Shown one piece after another: positions 1 to 9,177 of a DNA stretch of 64,000 bases; the stretch's first letter is position 1, and the number at the start of each line of letters is the position of its first letter. Below the pieces are notes generated by a model. The model saw only the letters and a list, made by a program, of their open reading frames with translations, did not search any database and was not told where the DNA came from. Made by a program: the position numbers and the translations under genes. This DNA comes from Actinomycetota bacterium (GTDB taxonomy: Bacteria; Actinomycetota; UBA4738; HRBIN12): contig DASTPT010000094.1 in NCBI GenBank assembly GCA_035762085.1, positions 6,101 to 70,100 on the forward strand. Reading direction: 5' to 3'.

Positions 1-1
1 G

Positions 2-808
2 GTGGTGACCCCGATGGAGCCGGACGAGCTGCTGTTCCCCGGCACGAGCCCAGACGATCTGAGCCGTCGACTCGGGCGGCTCCGCGTGTTCAACCTCGTG
101 ATGGCCCTGTTCCACGCGGGCCAGGGCGTCGCGATCCTCGCGCTCGCGACGAGCTTCGCGATCCCGGTCGTCGTGCACACCCTGACGGGCCCCCCGGGCT
201 CGCCGTCCGAGACCGTCACGCTCTTCGACCTGAACATCGGGTGGGCGGTCGCCGCGTTCCTGTTCGTCTCGGCGATCGCGCACCTGCTGATCGCCTCACC
301 CGGGGTGTTCTCGCGGTACGAGCGGATGCTCCTGATGGGCAGGAACGACTACCGCTGGGTCGAGTACTCGATCAGTGCCTCGATCATGGCGGTGCTGATC
401 GCGATGCTCCCCGGCATCACGGACGCCGCCGCGCTCATCGCGATCTTCGGCGTGAACGCCGCGATGATCTTCTTCGGCCTCCTCCAGGAGCGCTACGAGC
501 GACCCGGCGGGCGCATGTTGCCGTTCTGGCTCGGCAGCCTGGTCGGCATCTTCCCGTGGGTCGCGATCGGCGTGTACATGTCGGGCGTCGGGACGGACGT
601 GCAGGTCCCGGGGTTCGTGTACGGGATCTTCTTCTCGCTGTTCGCGTTCTTCATGTCGTTCGCCGTGAACCAGTGGCTGCAGTACCGGCGCATCGGACCG
701 TGGAGGGACTACCTCTTCGGCGAGAGGGTGTATGTGATCCTCAGCCTGGTCGCGAAGTCCGCGCTCGCGTGGCAGGTGTTCGCCGGCACGTTGGCCGACA
801 CCGCCTGA
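2..808 (+). CDS. heliorhodopsin (7-TM retinal protein, inverted topology family)
   Basis: Translation aligns along its whole length with characterised heliorhodopsin 48C12 as I recall it: FNLVMALFHAGQGVAILAL, RWVEYSISASIMAVLIAM, IFGVNAAMIFFGLLQE, GERVYVILSLVAKSALAWQVF with the retinal Schiff-base Lys in TM7. About 7 hydrophobic segments. The true start may be the ATG at 14. Confidence 0.85.
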   Translation: MVTPMEPDELLFPGTSPDDLSRRLGRLRVFNLVMALFHAGQGVAILALATSFAIPVVVHTLTGPPGSPSETVTLFDLNIGWAVAAFLFVSAIAHLLIASPGVFSRYERMLLMGRNDYRWVEYSISASIMAVLIAMLPGITDAAALIAIFGVNAAMIFFGLLQERYERPGGRMLPFWLGSLVGIFPWVAIGVYMSGVGTDVQVPGFVYGIFFSLFAFFMSFAVNQWLQYRRIGPWRDYLFGERVYVILSLVAKSALAWQVFAGTLADTA

Positions 809-999
809 CGCCCACAGGACCCGGCCGAGGGGCGTGCGCCCCATCAGCGTGTCGAGGTACGCGAGGCGAGCGCCCGTGGCCGGCGCGGTGACCTCGAGCC
901 GGACCGACATGGCTCCGTCCTCCGTTCGGATCCCTGGTGCACCGTCACGTTCCGACCGCGGAGGCGCGAGGGCCGTAGGGGCCGGGCCGCTCGGGGCGC

Positions 1000-2820
1000 T
1001 CAGCGCGTCGCGCGCACGTTGCCGAGCCAGCTCTCGTACAGCCGCGCGTAGACGCCGCCGCTCGCGACCAGGTCGGCGTGCGTGCCTCGCTCAACGATCC
1101 GACCGGCGTCGAACACGAAGATCTCGTCGGCCGCCTCCGCGGTCGACAGCCGGTGCGCGATCGTGATCGTCGTCCGCCCGGCCGAGAGCCGTCGCAACGC
1201 CTCTGAGATCCGGCGCTCGGTCGCCGGGTCGACGGCGCTCGTCGCCTCGTCCAGGATGAGCACGCCGGGGCCGCCGATCTGCGCCCGAGCGAGCGACACG
1301 AGCTGCCGTTCGCCGACCGAGAGCGCGTCCCCGCGCTCCCCCACCCGGGTGTCCAGGCCCGCCGGCAGGGTCCGGACCCACGGGCCCAGCCCCAGCTCCT
1401 CGAACGCCGCCTCGACGTCTCGGTCGGTCGCGCCCTCACGGCCGGCGGCGACGTTCTCGCGCACGGTCATGTCGAACAGGAACCCGTCCTGCGGAACCAT
1501 GCGGATCGAGCGGTGCCGCGCATCGGCCGAGACCTCGCGCAGGTCCACCCCGTCGACCGACACGCGGCCCGACGCCGGGTCGGCGAGCCGGGTGAGCAGC
1601 TTCGCGAACGTCGTCTTGCCCGAGCCGGTCTCGCCGACGACCGCGACGTGCGCGCCGGCGGCGACCTGTGCGCTCACGCCGTGGAGCACCGGCGCGCCGT
1701 CCTCGTAGGCGTAGCGGACGTCCTCGGCCCCGACGCCCAGGGCGCCGTGCGGCAGGTCCACGCCGGGCGAGGGCTCCACGATCTCGACGGGCTTGTCGAG
1801 CAGCGCGAGGATCTTCCGCCAGCCGGCGATCGCGGTCTGCGTCTCGCTGTAGATCTCGGGCAGGTCGGCGAACGGGTGCAGGAACAGGTCGGCCAGGAAC
1901 AGGAACGCCGAGACCTGCCCGAACGTGAGCCCCCACCTAGGCCCGAACGTCGCGCCCACGACGACGACCACCGCGAGCGAGACCCCCCAGAACAGCGTCG
2001 TCATCGGGAACAGGATCGCGGTGCGAAGGTGCGCGTGGACCTGCGCGCGGTACCGCGCCTCGACCGAGCGCTTCACGCGTGAGTCGATCCGCTCCTCGAG
2101 GCCGTAGGCGCGGACGACCGCCGCGCCCATCACGCTCTCGCTCACCTCGGAGAGCATCTGCCCGACCCGCACCCGCACCAGGTCGTACGCGGCCGAGAGC
2201 GAGACCTGGAGCTTGCCCATCACGAACAGCAGCGGGCCGACGAGCAGGACCACCGGGATCGTGAGCCGCCACGAGTACGCGAGCATGAGCGCGAGCGCGC
2301 CGGCGACCTGGGCGATCGAGATGATCCACGCGATCCCGCCCCACTCGGTGAACTGCGACAGCGTGTCGACGTCGGCCGTGACCCTTCCGACGAACACGCC
2401 GCGCTTCTCGGTGGACTGCACCGCGGTCGAGAGCCCGTGGATGTGCTCGAACGTGCGGACCCGGAGGACCTTCAGCGCCTCCTCCGAGGCGCGGACCAGC
2501 CGCCGGGCGGCCGTCCGGCCCGCCAGGTACGTCACGGCGACCAGCACGAACGACGCCGTGCACACGCCGAGGACGAAGTCCGTGCGGAGCCGGCCGTCTT
2601 CGAACCCGTGGTCGAAGACCTGCTGGATCAGGATCGGCGCGACGAGCGCGGATGCCGTCGCCGCGAGCGAGACGACCACGGTGAGCGCGAGGCCACGGCG
2701 GAGCTCGGGGCTCTCCCGCAGGCCTCGGCGCAGCACGCCCCACGCGCTCCGAAGGTTCTCCGGGACCGGGAGCTCGTCCGCCGGGGCGACGACCTCGGCC
2801 TCGGCGGTTGCGGCGCTCAT
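1000..2820 (-). CDS. ABC transporter, fused permease/ATP-binding subunit (exporter type, MdlB/CydC-like)
   Basis: 606 aa. N-terminal 6-TM domain, C-terminal Walker A (GETGSGKTT), ABC signature (LSVGERQ) and Walker B (ILDEAT). Overlaps the upstream partner by 4 nt. Confidence 0.9.
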   Translation of the reverse strand: MSAATAEAEVVAPADELPVPENLRSAWGVLRRGLRESPELRRGLALTVVVSLAATASALVAPILIQQVFDHGFEDGRLRTDFVLGVCTASFVLVAVTYLAGRTAARRLVRASEEALKVLRVRTFEHIHGLSTAVQSTEKRGVFVGRVTADVDTLSQFTEWGGIAWIISIAQVAGALALMLAYSWRLTIPVVLLVGPLLFVMGKLQVSLSAAYDLVRVRVGQMLSEVSESVMGAAVVRAYGLEERIDSRVKRSVEARYRAQVHAHLRTAILFPMTTLFWGVSLAVVVVVGATFGPRWGLTFGQVSAFLFLADLFLHPFADLPEIYSETQTAIAGWRKILALLDKPVEIVEPSPGVDLPHGALGVGAEDVRYAYEDGAPVLHGVSAQVAAGAHVAVVGETGSGKTTFAKLLTRLADPASGRVSVDGVDLREVSADARHRSIRMVPQDGFLFDMTVRENVAAGREGATDRDVEAAFEELGLGPWVRTLPAGLDTRVGERGDALSVGERQLVSLARAQIGGPGVLILDEATSAVDPATERRISEALRRLSAGRTTITIAHRLSTAEAADEIFVFDAGRIVERGTHADLVASGGVYARLYESWLGNVRATR

Positions 2821-4592
2821 CGCTCGCCTCGCTCGTACGCGTGCACCATCGCGGCGTACCCCGGCTGCGACGCCATGAGCTCCTCGTGCGAGCCCGAGGC
2901 GAGCAGCCGGCCGCCCTCCAGGTACAGGACGCGGTCAGCCAGTCGGATCGTCGAGAGGCGATACGCGACCACGATCAGCGTGGCGTCGTGCTCCTCGCGG
3001 ATGCCCGCCAGGATCCGCGCCTCGATCGTGGGGTCGACCGCGCTCGTGGCGTCGTCGAGGATCAGCAGCCGCGGCCGGCGGACGATCGCCCGGGCGAGCG
3101 CCACCCGCTGCCGCTCCCCGCCCGACAGCGTCGCCCCGCGCTCGCCGAGCACGGTGTCGTAGCCCTCGGGCAGCGCTCGGACGAAACGGTCCGCCTGCGC
3201 GATCCGGGCGGCGCGCTCGATCTCCTCCCGCGAGACCGCCTCGTCGAGCGCGATGTTCTCGGCGACCGTCGTCGCGAACAGGAACGACTCCTGGAACACG
3301 AGCATCGCGGCGCCTCGGAGCGACCGCGCCTCGGCGTGACGCAGGTCCACGCCGCCCAGCAGCACCCGGCCGTCCGTCGGGTCGTCCAGCCGCAGGAGGA
3401 GCTGCGCGAGCGTCGACTTGCCCACGCCGGTCGGCCCCACGAGCGCGATCGACTCGTTCTGCCGGACGCGGAACGAGACGTCCTCGAGCACGCGGGTCCC
3501 GTCGAGCGCGTGCCCGAGATCCTCCACGCGCAGATCGAGCGGGCCGTCCGGGATCGGCACCGGTCGCTCCGAGACGCGGATCGTGGTCGGCTCCTCGAGC
3601 ACGGCGACGATCCGGTCGTGTCCGACGATCGCGCGGGGCAGCTCGGACAGGATCCACCCGACGAACCGCATCGGCCAGGCCAGGAGCCCGAAGAGCGTCA
3701 CGACCTGGACGAGGTCGCCGATCGACATCGCGCCGACCGAGATCCGCCAGGATCCTACGGCCATCAGGACGGTGATCGCGATCGCCGGCAGCGCCTCGAG
3801 CGCCGGCTCGAACCCCGCGCGGATCAGGCCGCCCTCGACCCGCGCGCGACGGAGCTCCTCGGCCTTCGCGGCCAACCGCTCGGTCTCGGCGCGCTCGCGG
3901 CCGAGCGTCTTCACGACGAGCGCGCCGTCCACCGACTCGTGCGCGACGGACGAGACCTCGCCGATCCGCTCCTGCGCCCGCTGCGCCGGCCCCTGCATCC
4001 GCGCGGCGAACGTGCGGTTCAGCACCCCGAGCGTCGGGAACAGCAGGAACCCGATCAGCGCAAGGAGCGGGTCGATCAGGAGCATCGCGACCATCGCGAA
4101 CACCACGAGCAGGATCACGCCGACCGCGAACGGGACCGGGTACAGCACGTCGACCGCGGCCTCGACGTCGGCCTCCATGTGTGCGAGGAGCTCTCCCGTC
4201 GGCTTCGCGCGGTGGTACGCGAGCGACAGGTCCCGGTAGCGATCCGAGACCCGGCGCCGGAGCGTCGCCGCCACCGCCGACCCCAGCACGCCGCTGAAGT
4301 AGCGGCGGACGCCGATCCCGAGCGCCCGGATCATCGCGAGCCCGACGATCGCGGCGGCACCGAGCCAGATCGTGCTCGTCGAGACGCCGGTCGAGAACGC
4401 CGGCCGCAGGACCTCGTCGGTGACCCGGCCGAGCGCGGCCGTCACCGCGATCGAGCCCGCGGCGAACACCGCCGCCCCCATGACCGAGATCACGAACGGC
4501 TTCGGATGGGCGCGGACGTACGAGGCGATGAGACGGAGCCCGCGCGCGAACAGCCCTCGATCTCGCGCCTCGGGCAGGGTCGCCGCGCTCAC
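2817..4592 (-). CDS. ABC transporter, fused permease/ATP-binding subunit (partner of 1000..2820)
   Basis: GPTGVGKST Walker A, LSGGERQR signature, LILDDATSAVD Walker B, N-terminal TM domain. The track ORF runs to 4925, but the Arg-rich N-terminal 111 aa overlap the cupin gene. The likely start is the GTG at 4592 (VSAATLPEARDRG...), which overlaps the cupin stop by 4 nt. Confidence 0.85.
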   Translation of the reverse strand: MSAATLPEARDRGLFARGLRLIASYVRAHPKPFVISVMGAAVFAAGSIAVTAALGRVTDEVLRPAFSTGVSTSTIWLGAAAIVGLAMIRALGIGVRRYFSGVLGSAVAATLRRRVSDRYRDLSLAYHRAKPTGELLAHMEADVEAAVDVLYPVPFAVGVILLVVFAMVAMLLIDPLLALIGFLLFPTLGVLNRTFAARMQGPAQRAQERIGEVSSVAHESVDGALVVKTLGRERAETERLAAKAEELRRARVEGGLIRAGFEPALEALPAIAITVLMAVGSWRISVGAMSIGDLVQVVTLFGLLAWPMRFVGWILSELPRAIVGHDRIVAVLEEPTTIRVSERPVPIPDGPLDLRVEDLGHALDGTRVLEDVSFRVRQNESIALVGPTGVGKSTLAQLLLRLDDPTDGRVLLGGVDLRHAEARSLRGAAMLVFQESFLFATTVAENIALDEAVSREEIERAARIAQADRFVRALPEGYDTVLGERGATLSGGERQRVALARAIVRRPRLLILDDATSAVDPTIEARILAGIREEHDATLIVVAYRLSTIRLADRVLYLEGGRLLASGSHEELMASQPGYAAMVHAYERGER

Positions 4593-4993
4593 CCCTCGAG
4601 GGTCTCCCCGAAGGTCTCCGCGTACTCCTCGTCGGTGACCGGCGGCCCCCACTCGGCGTCGCCACCACCGTTCACGGCGACGTGGACGAGCGGCGCGTCG
4701 GGTGTCGCGCCGTGGAAGTGCCACTCGCCCGGCTCGACGTGGATCACGTCGCCCGGCTGGAGCGTCCGCCCGACCTCGCCGCCCGAGCGCACCCGCCCCC
4801 GGCCGGCGACGGCGTACAGGAACTGACCGCCGGGGTGCCGGTGCCAGTGCGTTCGAGCGCCGGGGGAGAAGTGCACCACGCCGACGTTGTCTCCGTCCCG
4901 GTCGGCCAGCGTGCTGCGGTGCCATACCTCGCCGGTGAACCTGGCCACGTCCCCGCGCTCGAACGTCCCCTCGCTCCCTGGCGACACCCGCAT
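4589..4993 (-). CDS. cupin domain protein
   Basis: 134 aa. Two His-containing cupin motifs (HWHRHPGGQ...G and PGEWHFHG), beta-rich composition. Confidence 0.7.
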   Translation of the reverse strand: MRVSPGSEGTFERGDVARFTGEVWHRSTLADRDGDNVGVVHFSPGARTHWHRHPGGQFLYAVAGRGRVRSGGEVGRTLQPGDVIHVEPGEWHFHGATPDAPLVHVAVNGGGDAEWGPPVTDEEYAETFGETLEG

Positions 4994-5201
4994 GGCACCC
5001 CTCCTCCGACGTCGAGCCGACGCTACCAGCCGGCGCCGGCGCCGGGGCGCGGCCTCGTGCTCACCGACTTCCGGCCTAGCCCGCGGCCGTCCCCGAACGC
5101 CCTACGGCAGTGGGGCGGCCGGGGAAAACCATCACGGTTGGGTAGCCCCGTCATGCCTGTTCCGGCTCGCGTTCCTCCCCCCAACGGCCGATACGGAAGT
5201 C

Positions 5202-5543
5202 ATGACAGCCATCAGGACCAAGTGCCCCACATGCGGAGAGGTGGACCTGAGCCCCGGGGAGATGTCCCTGTTCATGGCGCCGTCGGGCGACCGGCTCTCC
5301 TACAGCTTCACGTGCCCCGAGTGCAGCCTGGAGGTCGACCGCCCCGCAAGCCGCAAGACGGCCGCGCTGCTGATCGCCGCGGGGGTCGAGACGATCCCCC
5401 TCCCGCTCGAGGACCAGCTCGTCCTCCCACCCGAGGACCGCAGCCCGGTCCCGGACGCTCCGCCCCTCACGCTCGACGACCTGATCGAACTGCACTTCCT
5501 CCTGCAGGACGAGCGCGCGCTCGCCGAGCTCGCCGACCGCTGA
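5202..5543 (+). CDS. hypothetical zinc-ribbon protein
   Basis: About 113 aa from the ATG at 5202. CPTCG...(~30 aa)...CPEC pattern, acidic C-terminal half, GGAAG RBS upstream. The track ORF from 4887 has an implausible Arg-rich leader. Confidence 0.45.
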   Translation: MTAIRTKCPTCGEVDLSPGEMSLFMAPSGDRLSYSFTCPECSLEVDRPASRKTAALLIAAGVETIPLPLEDQLVLPPEDRSPVPDAPPLTLDDLIELHFLLQDERALAELADR

Positions 5544-5571
5544 ACCCCCGCCACCGCGGCGGCCCGAGCGC

Positions 5572-6171
5572 TCACCGCTCGGGTCGTCCGCGTACGTGCC
5601 GGACGAACGTGCGGAACGGAATCAGCAGGAACAGCGCGATGGCCAGGTACAGGACGACCGCGGCCGTCGGCGCGACCACGCCGATCGCGATCGCGAGCGC
5701 GTAGACGGCCAGGCTCGGATCGAGCTTCGCCGTCACGGCGCGCACCCGTTCCTCGGGGCGGTCGCCGTGGATCAGACCCTCTGCGACCGCGTACCGCCAC
5801 AGGACGCTCAGCGTCGCGGAGATCGCGAGCAGGTTGACGCCGTAGATCGAGACGGCGACGCGCTCAGCGTCGAGGTCGTGCAGGTACGCGCCGATCATCC
5901 CCGTCGGGAACGGGAGGACCGACACGAAGAACAGGAAGAGGAGGTTCAATCGGAAGAACACGGAGTCGACCTCGGCGATGTGATCGGTGACGGCGGCGTG
6001 CGCCACCCACGCGGCGCCGATCGACGCGAAGCTCACGAGGTAGGCGAGGTACTCGGGCCACTGCTCCACGATCCCTTCCCACACAGACCCGCTCTCGAGC
6101 GCGGGGGGCGACAACTCCAGGACCAGGAGCGTGATCGCGATCGCGGCGACGCCGTCGCTGAACGCCTCCAT
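5572..6171 (-). CDS. TMEM175/DUF1211 family potassium channel-like membrane protein
   Basis: MEAFSDGVAAIAITLLVLE matches the RxxxFSD signature helix of DUF1211/TMEM175, followed by 5-6 further TM helices. The ATG at 6171 is the probable start; the track ORF continues to 6225. Confidence 0.75.
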   Translation of the reverse strand: MEAFSDGVAAIAITLLVLELSPPALESGSVWEGIVEQWPEYLAYLVSFASIGAAWVAHAAVTDHIAEVDSVFFRLNLLFLFFVSVLPFPTGMIGAYLHDLDAERVAVSIYGVNLLAISATLSVLWRYAVAEGLIHGDRPEERVRAVTAKLDPSLAVYALAIAIGVVAPTAAVVLYLAIALFLLIPFRTFVRHVRGRPER

Positions 6172-6252
6172 CCGACCCTTGCCGTACCGGTGACCGGTGC
6201 TGCGGTTGGCGGGACCCCCGCTCATCGGCGGAGCATAGACCGGGCGTCGGCG

Positions 6253-7242
6253 CTAGGCGAAGAACGGCGTGATGGCTTCGACGGCCCGCGCCAGACGCGC
6301 CGATCGGCTGCCCGTCACCTCGATCCACGGCAGCCCGCGCTCCTCGAGGACCTCCTCGAACCGTGCCGTCATGTGCGCGCGGGTCTCGTCGCCCAGGCGG
6401 ATGTCGTCGGGTTCCCATGGGACCCCGACGTGGTCGGTCAGCAGGTACAGCGAGTACGGGGCTCCGTGCGCCTCGACGGCCCGCCAGGTGGCGTCCGAGG
6501 TCGAGCCCAGATAGACCTCCTCCCACAGGGCGGTGGCCAGACTGTCCGTGTCGCAGAAGACGATCCCGGTCGGCGCCTCTCGCGCCATCCGGTCCTCGAG
6601 GGCGTTCTGCTCGAGCGCGATCCGCAGGAAGTCGCTCGGCAGCCACTGGTCGCCCGTGCCGATCGTGAACTTCTCCACGGTGTACTCGCGACCGTACTCG
6701 GGAACCCAGATCGTCTCGTACGCCGACGCGAGCTGGCGGGTCAGCGTGGTCGAGCCCGACGATTCGGCGCCCACGATGCACACCCGCCGCACGTAGTGGG
6801 CGCGGACCGGGGCGTCGATGTAGCGCCAGTACGCGGCGGGATCGGCCCGGATCTGCGTCCCCGAGACGTCGATGTAGCTCCGTCCTACGTACTCGTTCCG
6901 GCACGGTGAGCCCTGGAGCTCGGCGATCGCCGCGGCCCACGGCGCCCCGTAGGGCTCGGAGGTGAACACCGCGTCGATCCGCTCGCGTCCCACGCACTCC
7001 CACGCGTGGCGGGCCCATGCCTCGGAGTCGTCCTCGACCTCGATATCGGGGACCACGATCACCGATGCGTCCGGGTGGAGCTCCCGGAGCCACGAGGCGC
7101 GGAGGCGCGACGACGGGTCCTCCCCACGGCCGTCGACCACCATGACGGTCACCCGATCGGCCCTGGAGACCGCCGTGTCGATCAGGTACCGGTGCCCGCG
7201 GTGCGGCGGGTAGAACTTGCCCACCACGACACCGTGCGTCAT
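6253..7242 (-). CDS. NadR-like bifunctional NMN adenylyltransferase / ribosylnicotinamide kinase (no HTH domain)
   Basis: N-terminal HxGH nucleotidyltransferase motif (GKFYPPHRGHRYLI). C-terminal P-loop (IVGAESSGSTTL) kinase domain. The start MTHGVVVG at 7242 is preferred over the track start at 7305. Confidence 0.7.
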   Translation of the reverse strand: MTHGVVVGKFYPPHRGHRYLIDTAVSRADRVTVMVVDGRGEDPSSRLRASWLRELHPDASVIVVPDIEVEDDSEAWARHAWECVGRERIDAVFTSEPYGAPWAAAIAELQGSPCRNEYVGRSYIDVSGTQIRADPAAYWRYIDAPVRAHYVRRVCIVGAESSGSTTLTRQLASAYETIWVPEYGREYTVEKFTIGTGDQWLPSDFLRIALEQNALEDRMAREAPTGIVFCDTDSLATALWEEVYLGSTSDATWRAVEAHGAPYSLYLLTDHVGVPWEPDDIRLGDETRAHMTARFEEVLEERGLPWIEVTGSRSARLARAVEAITPFFA

Positions 7243-7346
7243 CCTCGGCCACTCCTCCCCCTGCAGATGTGCCGAACGGTAGAGGTCGAAGGTAGCGGCG
7301 TCCACCTAGCATCCCGGCAGCGAGCTCGAGCGAAAGGGGTGCCGCG

Positions 7347-9143
7347 ATGTCCGATCTCCCGTTCGAGGACCGGACCGACTTCGAGGACGCCGACCGAGGC
7401 TTCATCGCGAAGCTCGACCCGGGGGTCGTCACGGCGGACGACGGCCGCGTGGTATGGGACAACGACGCGTACGCGTTCCTGGCCGGGGACTGTCCCGAGA
7501 CGGCCAACCCGAGTCTGTGGCGCCAGGGGCAGCTCTGCGCGAAGCAGGGCCTGTACCAGGTCACCGAGGGCATCTACCAGGTCCGCGGTCTGGACCTGTC
7601 GAACATGACCCTGGTGGAGGGCGATCGCGGTGTCGTCGTCATCGATCCGCTCGTCTCCGCCGAGACGGCGGCGGCCGCCCTCGGGCTGTACCGAGAGCAC
7701 CGCGGCGACCGGCCGGTCACGGCGGTGATCTACACGCACTCGCACGTCGACCACTTCGGCGGGGTGGAGGGCGTCGTGACCGACGAGGTGCCGGTCGTCG
7801 CGCCGGAGGGTTTCATGGAGCACGCGGTCTCGGAGAACGTCTACGCCGGCCTCGCGATGAGTCGCCGGGCCCTGTACATGTACGGTGCGGTCCTCGAGAG
7901 GGGACCGGCGGGTCACATCGGTACCGGCCTCGGCATCACGAACTCGACCGGCTCGATCGGACTGATCCCGCCCACCCTGAGCGTCACCCACACCGGCCAG
8001 GAGGAAACCCTCGACGGCATCCGGATCTCGTTCCAGCTGACGCCGGGGACCGAGGCCCCCGCGGAGATGAACTTTCTGTTCTCGGAGCATCGCGCGCTCT
8101 GCATGGCGGAGAACGCGACCCACAACCTGCACAACATCCTGACGCTACGTGGCGCGCCCGTGCGCGACGCTCGCGTGTGGTCCCGCTACCTCCAGGAGGC
8201 GATCTTGCTGTTCGTCGACCGGGCCGACGTTGCCTTCGCCTCGCATCACTGGCCCACCTGGGGTCGCGAGCGCATCGTGACGTGGCTGTCCGAGCAGCGG
8301 GACCTGTACGCGTACCTGCACGACCAGACGCTGCGGCTCCTCAACGCCGGGTACACGGGGATCGAGATCGCCGAGATGATCCAGATGCCCCCAACGATCG
8401 AGAACGCGTGGCACGCCCGCGGCTACTACGGCTCGGTCAGCCACAACGTGAAGGCGATCTACCAGCGCTACATGGGCTGGTTCGACGGGCACCCGGCCTC
8501 ACTGTGGGAGCTCCCCCCGGAGGAGTCCGCGGCGCGCTACGTCGAGTGCCTCGGCGGCGTGGACGCCGTCGTCGAGCGAGCGCGCGCGTACGTGGACGCG
8601 GGCGACCTGCGGTTCGCCTCGCAGCTGCTGAAGCACGCGGTCTTCGCCGACCCGGACCACGCGGAGGCCAAGGAGCTCCTTGCCGCGACCTTCGAGCGAC
8701 TCGGTCACGGGTCCGAGAACGGCCCCTGGCGCAACTTCTTCCTGATGGGCGCGAGGGAGCTCCGTGAGGGCATCGTGCCGGTCCCGATCCAGGCCAACGT
8801 GGGGATGGTCGCCGCACTCTCCGTCGAGCAGCTGTTCGACTCGATCGCGATCCGCGTCGATGGCCCGAGGGCGTGGTCGGAGCACTTGACGATCGACTGG
8901 CACCTCACTGACCTGGGCGAGCACCACCGGATGACGCTGTCGAACGGGGTCCTCATCCACTACCCCGACCCAGGCGCGGGGGAGGTCGACCTGACGCTCA
9001 CGCTCACGAAGCCGCAGCTGCTGGGGATGCTTGCGAGCGGAAGCGCGGAGGGCGTCGTGCACGAGGGCGACCTCGGCGCCATCGGGCGACTGATATCGGT
9101 GCTCGAGGACCAGAACCCAGACTTCGCGATCGTCACGCCCTGA
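7347..9143 (+). CDS. MBL-fold alkyl/aryl-sulfatase (SdsA1/Bds1 type)
   Basis: 598 aa. Metallo-beta-lactamase HSHVDHFGG motif, then dimerisation region and C-terminal SCP2-like domain, the architecture of type III alkylsulfatases. Confidence 0.85.
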   Translation: MSDLPFEDRTDFEDADRGFIAKLDPGVVTADDGRVVWDNDAYAFLAGDCPETANPSLWRQGQLCAKQGLYQVTEGIYQVRGLDLSNMTLVEGDRGVVVIDPLVSAETAAAALGLYREHRGDRPVTAVIYTHSHVDHFGGVEGVVTDEVPVVAPEGFMEHAVSENVYAGLAMSRRALYMYGAVLERGPAGHIGTGLGITNSTGSIGLIPPTLSVTHTGQEETLDGIRISFQLTPGTEAPAEMNFLFSEHRALCMAENATHNLHNILTLRGAPVRDARVWSRYLQEAILLFVDRADVAFASHHWPTWGRERIVTWLSEQRDLYAYLHDQTLRLLNAGYTGIEIAEMIQMPPTIENAWHARGYYGSVSHNVKAIYQRYMGWFDGHPASLWELPPEESAARYVECLGGVDAVVERARAYVDAGDLRFASQLLKHAVFADPDHAEAKELLAATFERLGHGSENGPWRNFFLMGARELREGIVPVPIQANVGMVAALSVEQLFDSIAIRVDGPRAWSEHLTIDWHLTDLGEHHRMTLSNGVLIHYPDPGAGEVDLTLTLTKPQLLGMLASGSAEGVVHEGDLGAIGRLISVLEDQNPDFAIVTP

Positions 9144-9177
9144 CGCCGAGCCGGAGGGCGGCGTTCCTCGAGCGGGC

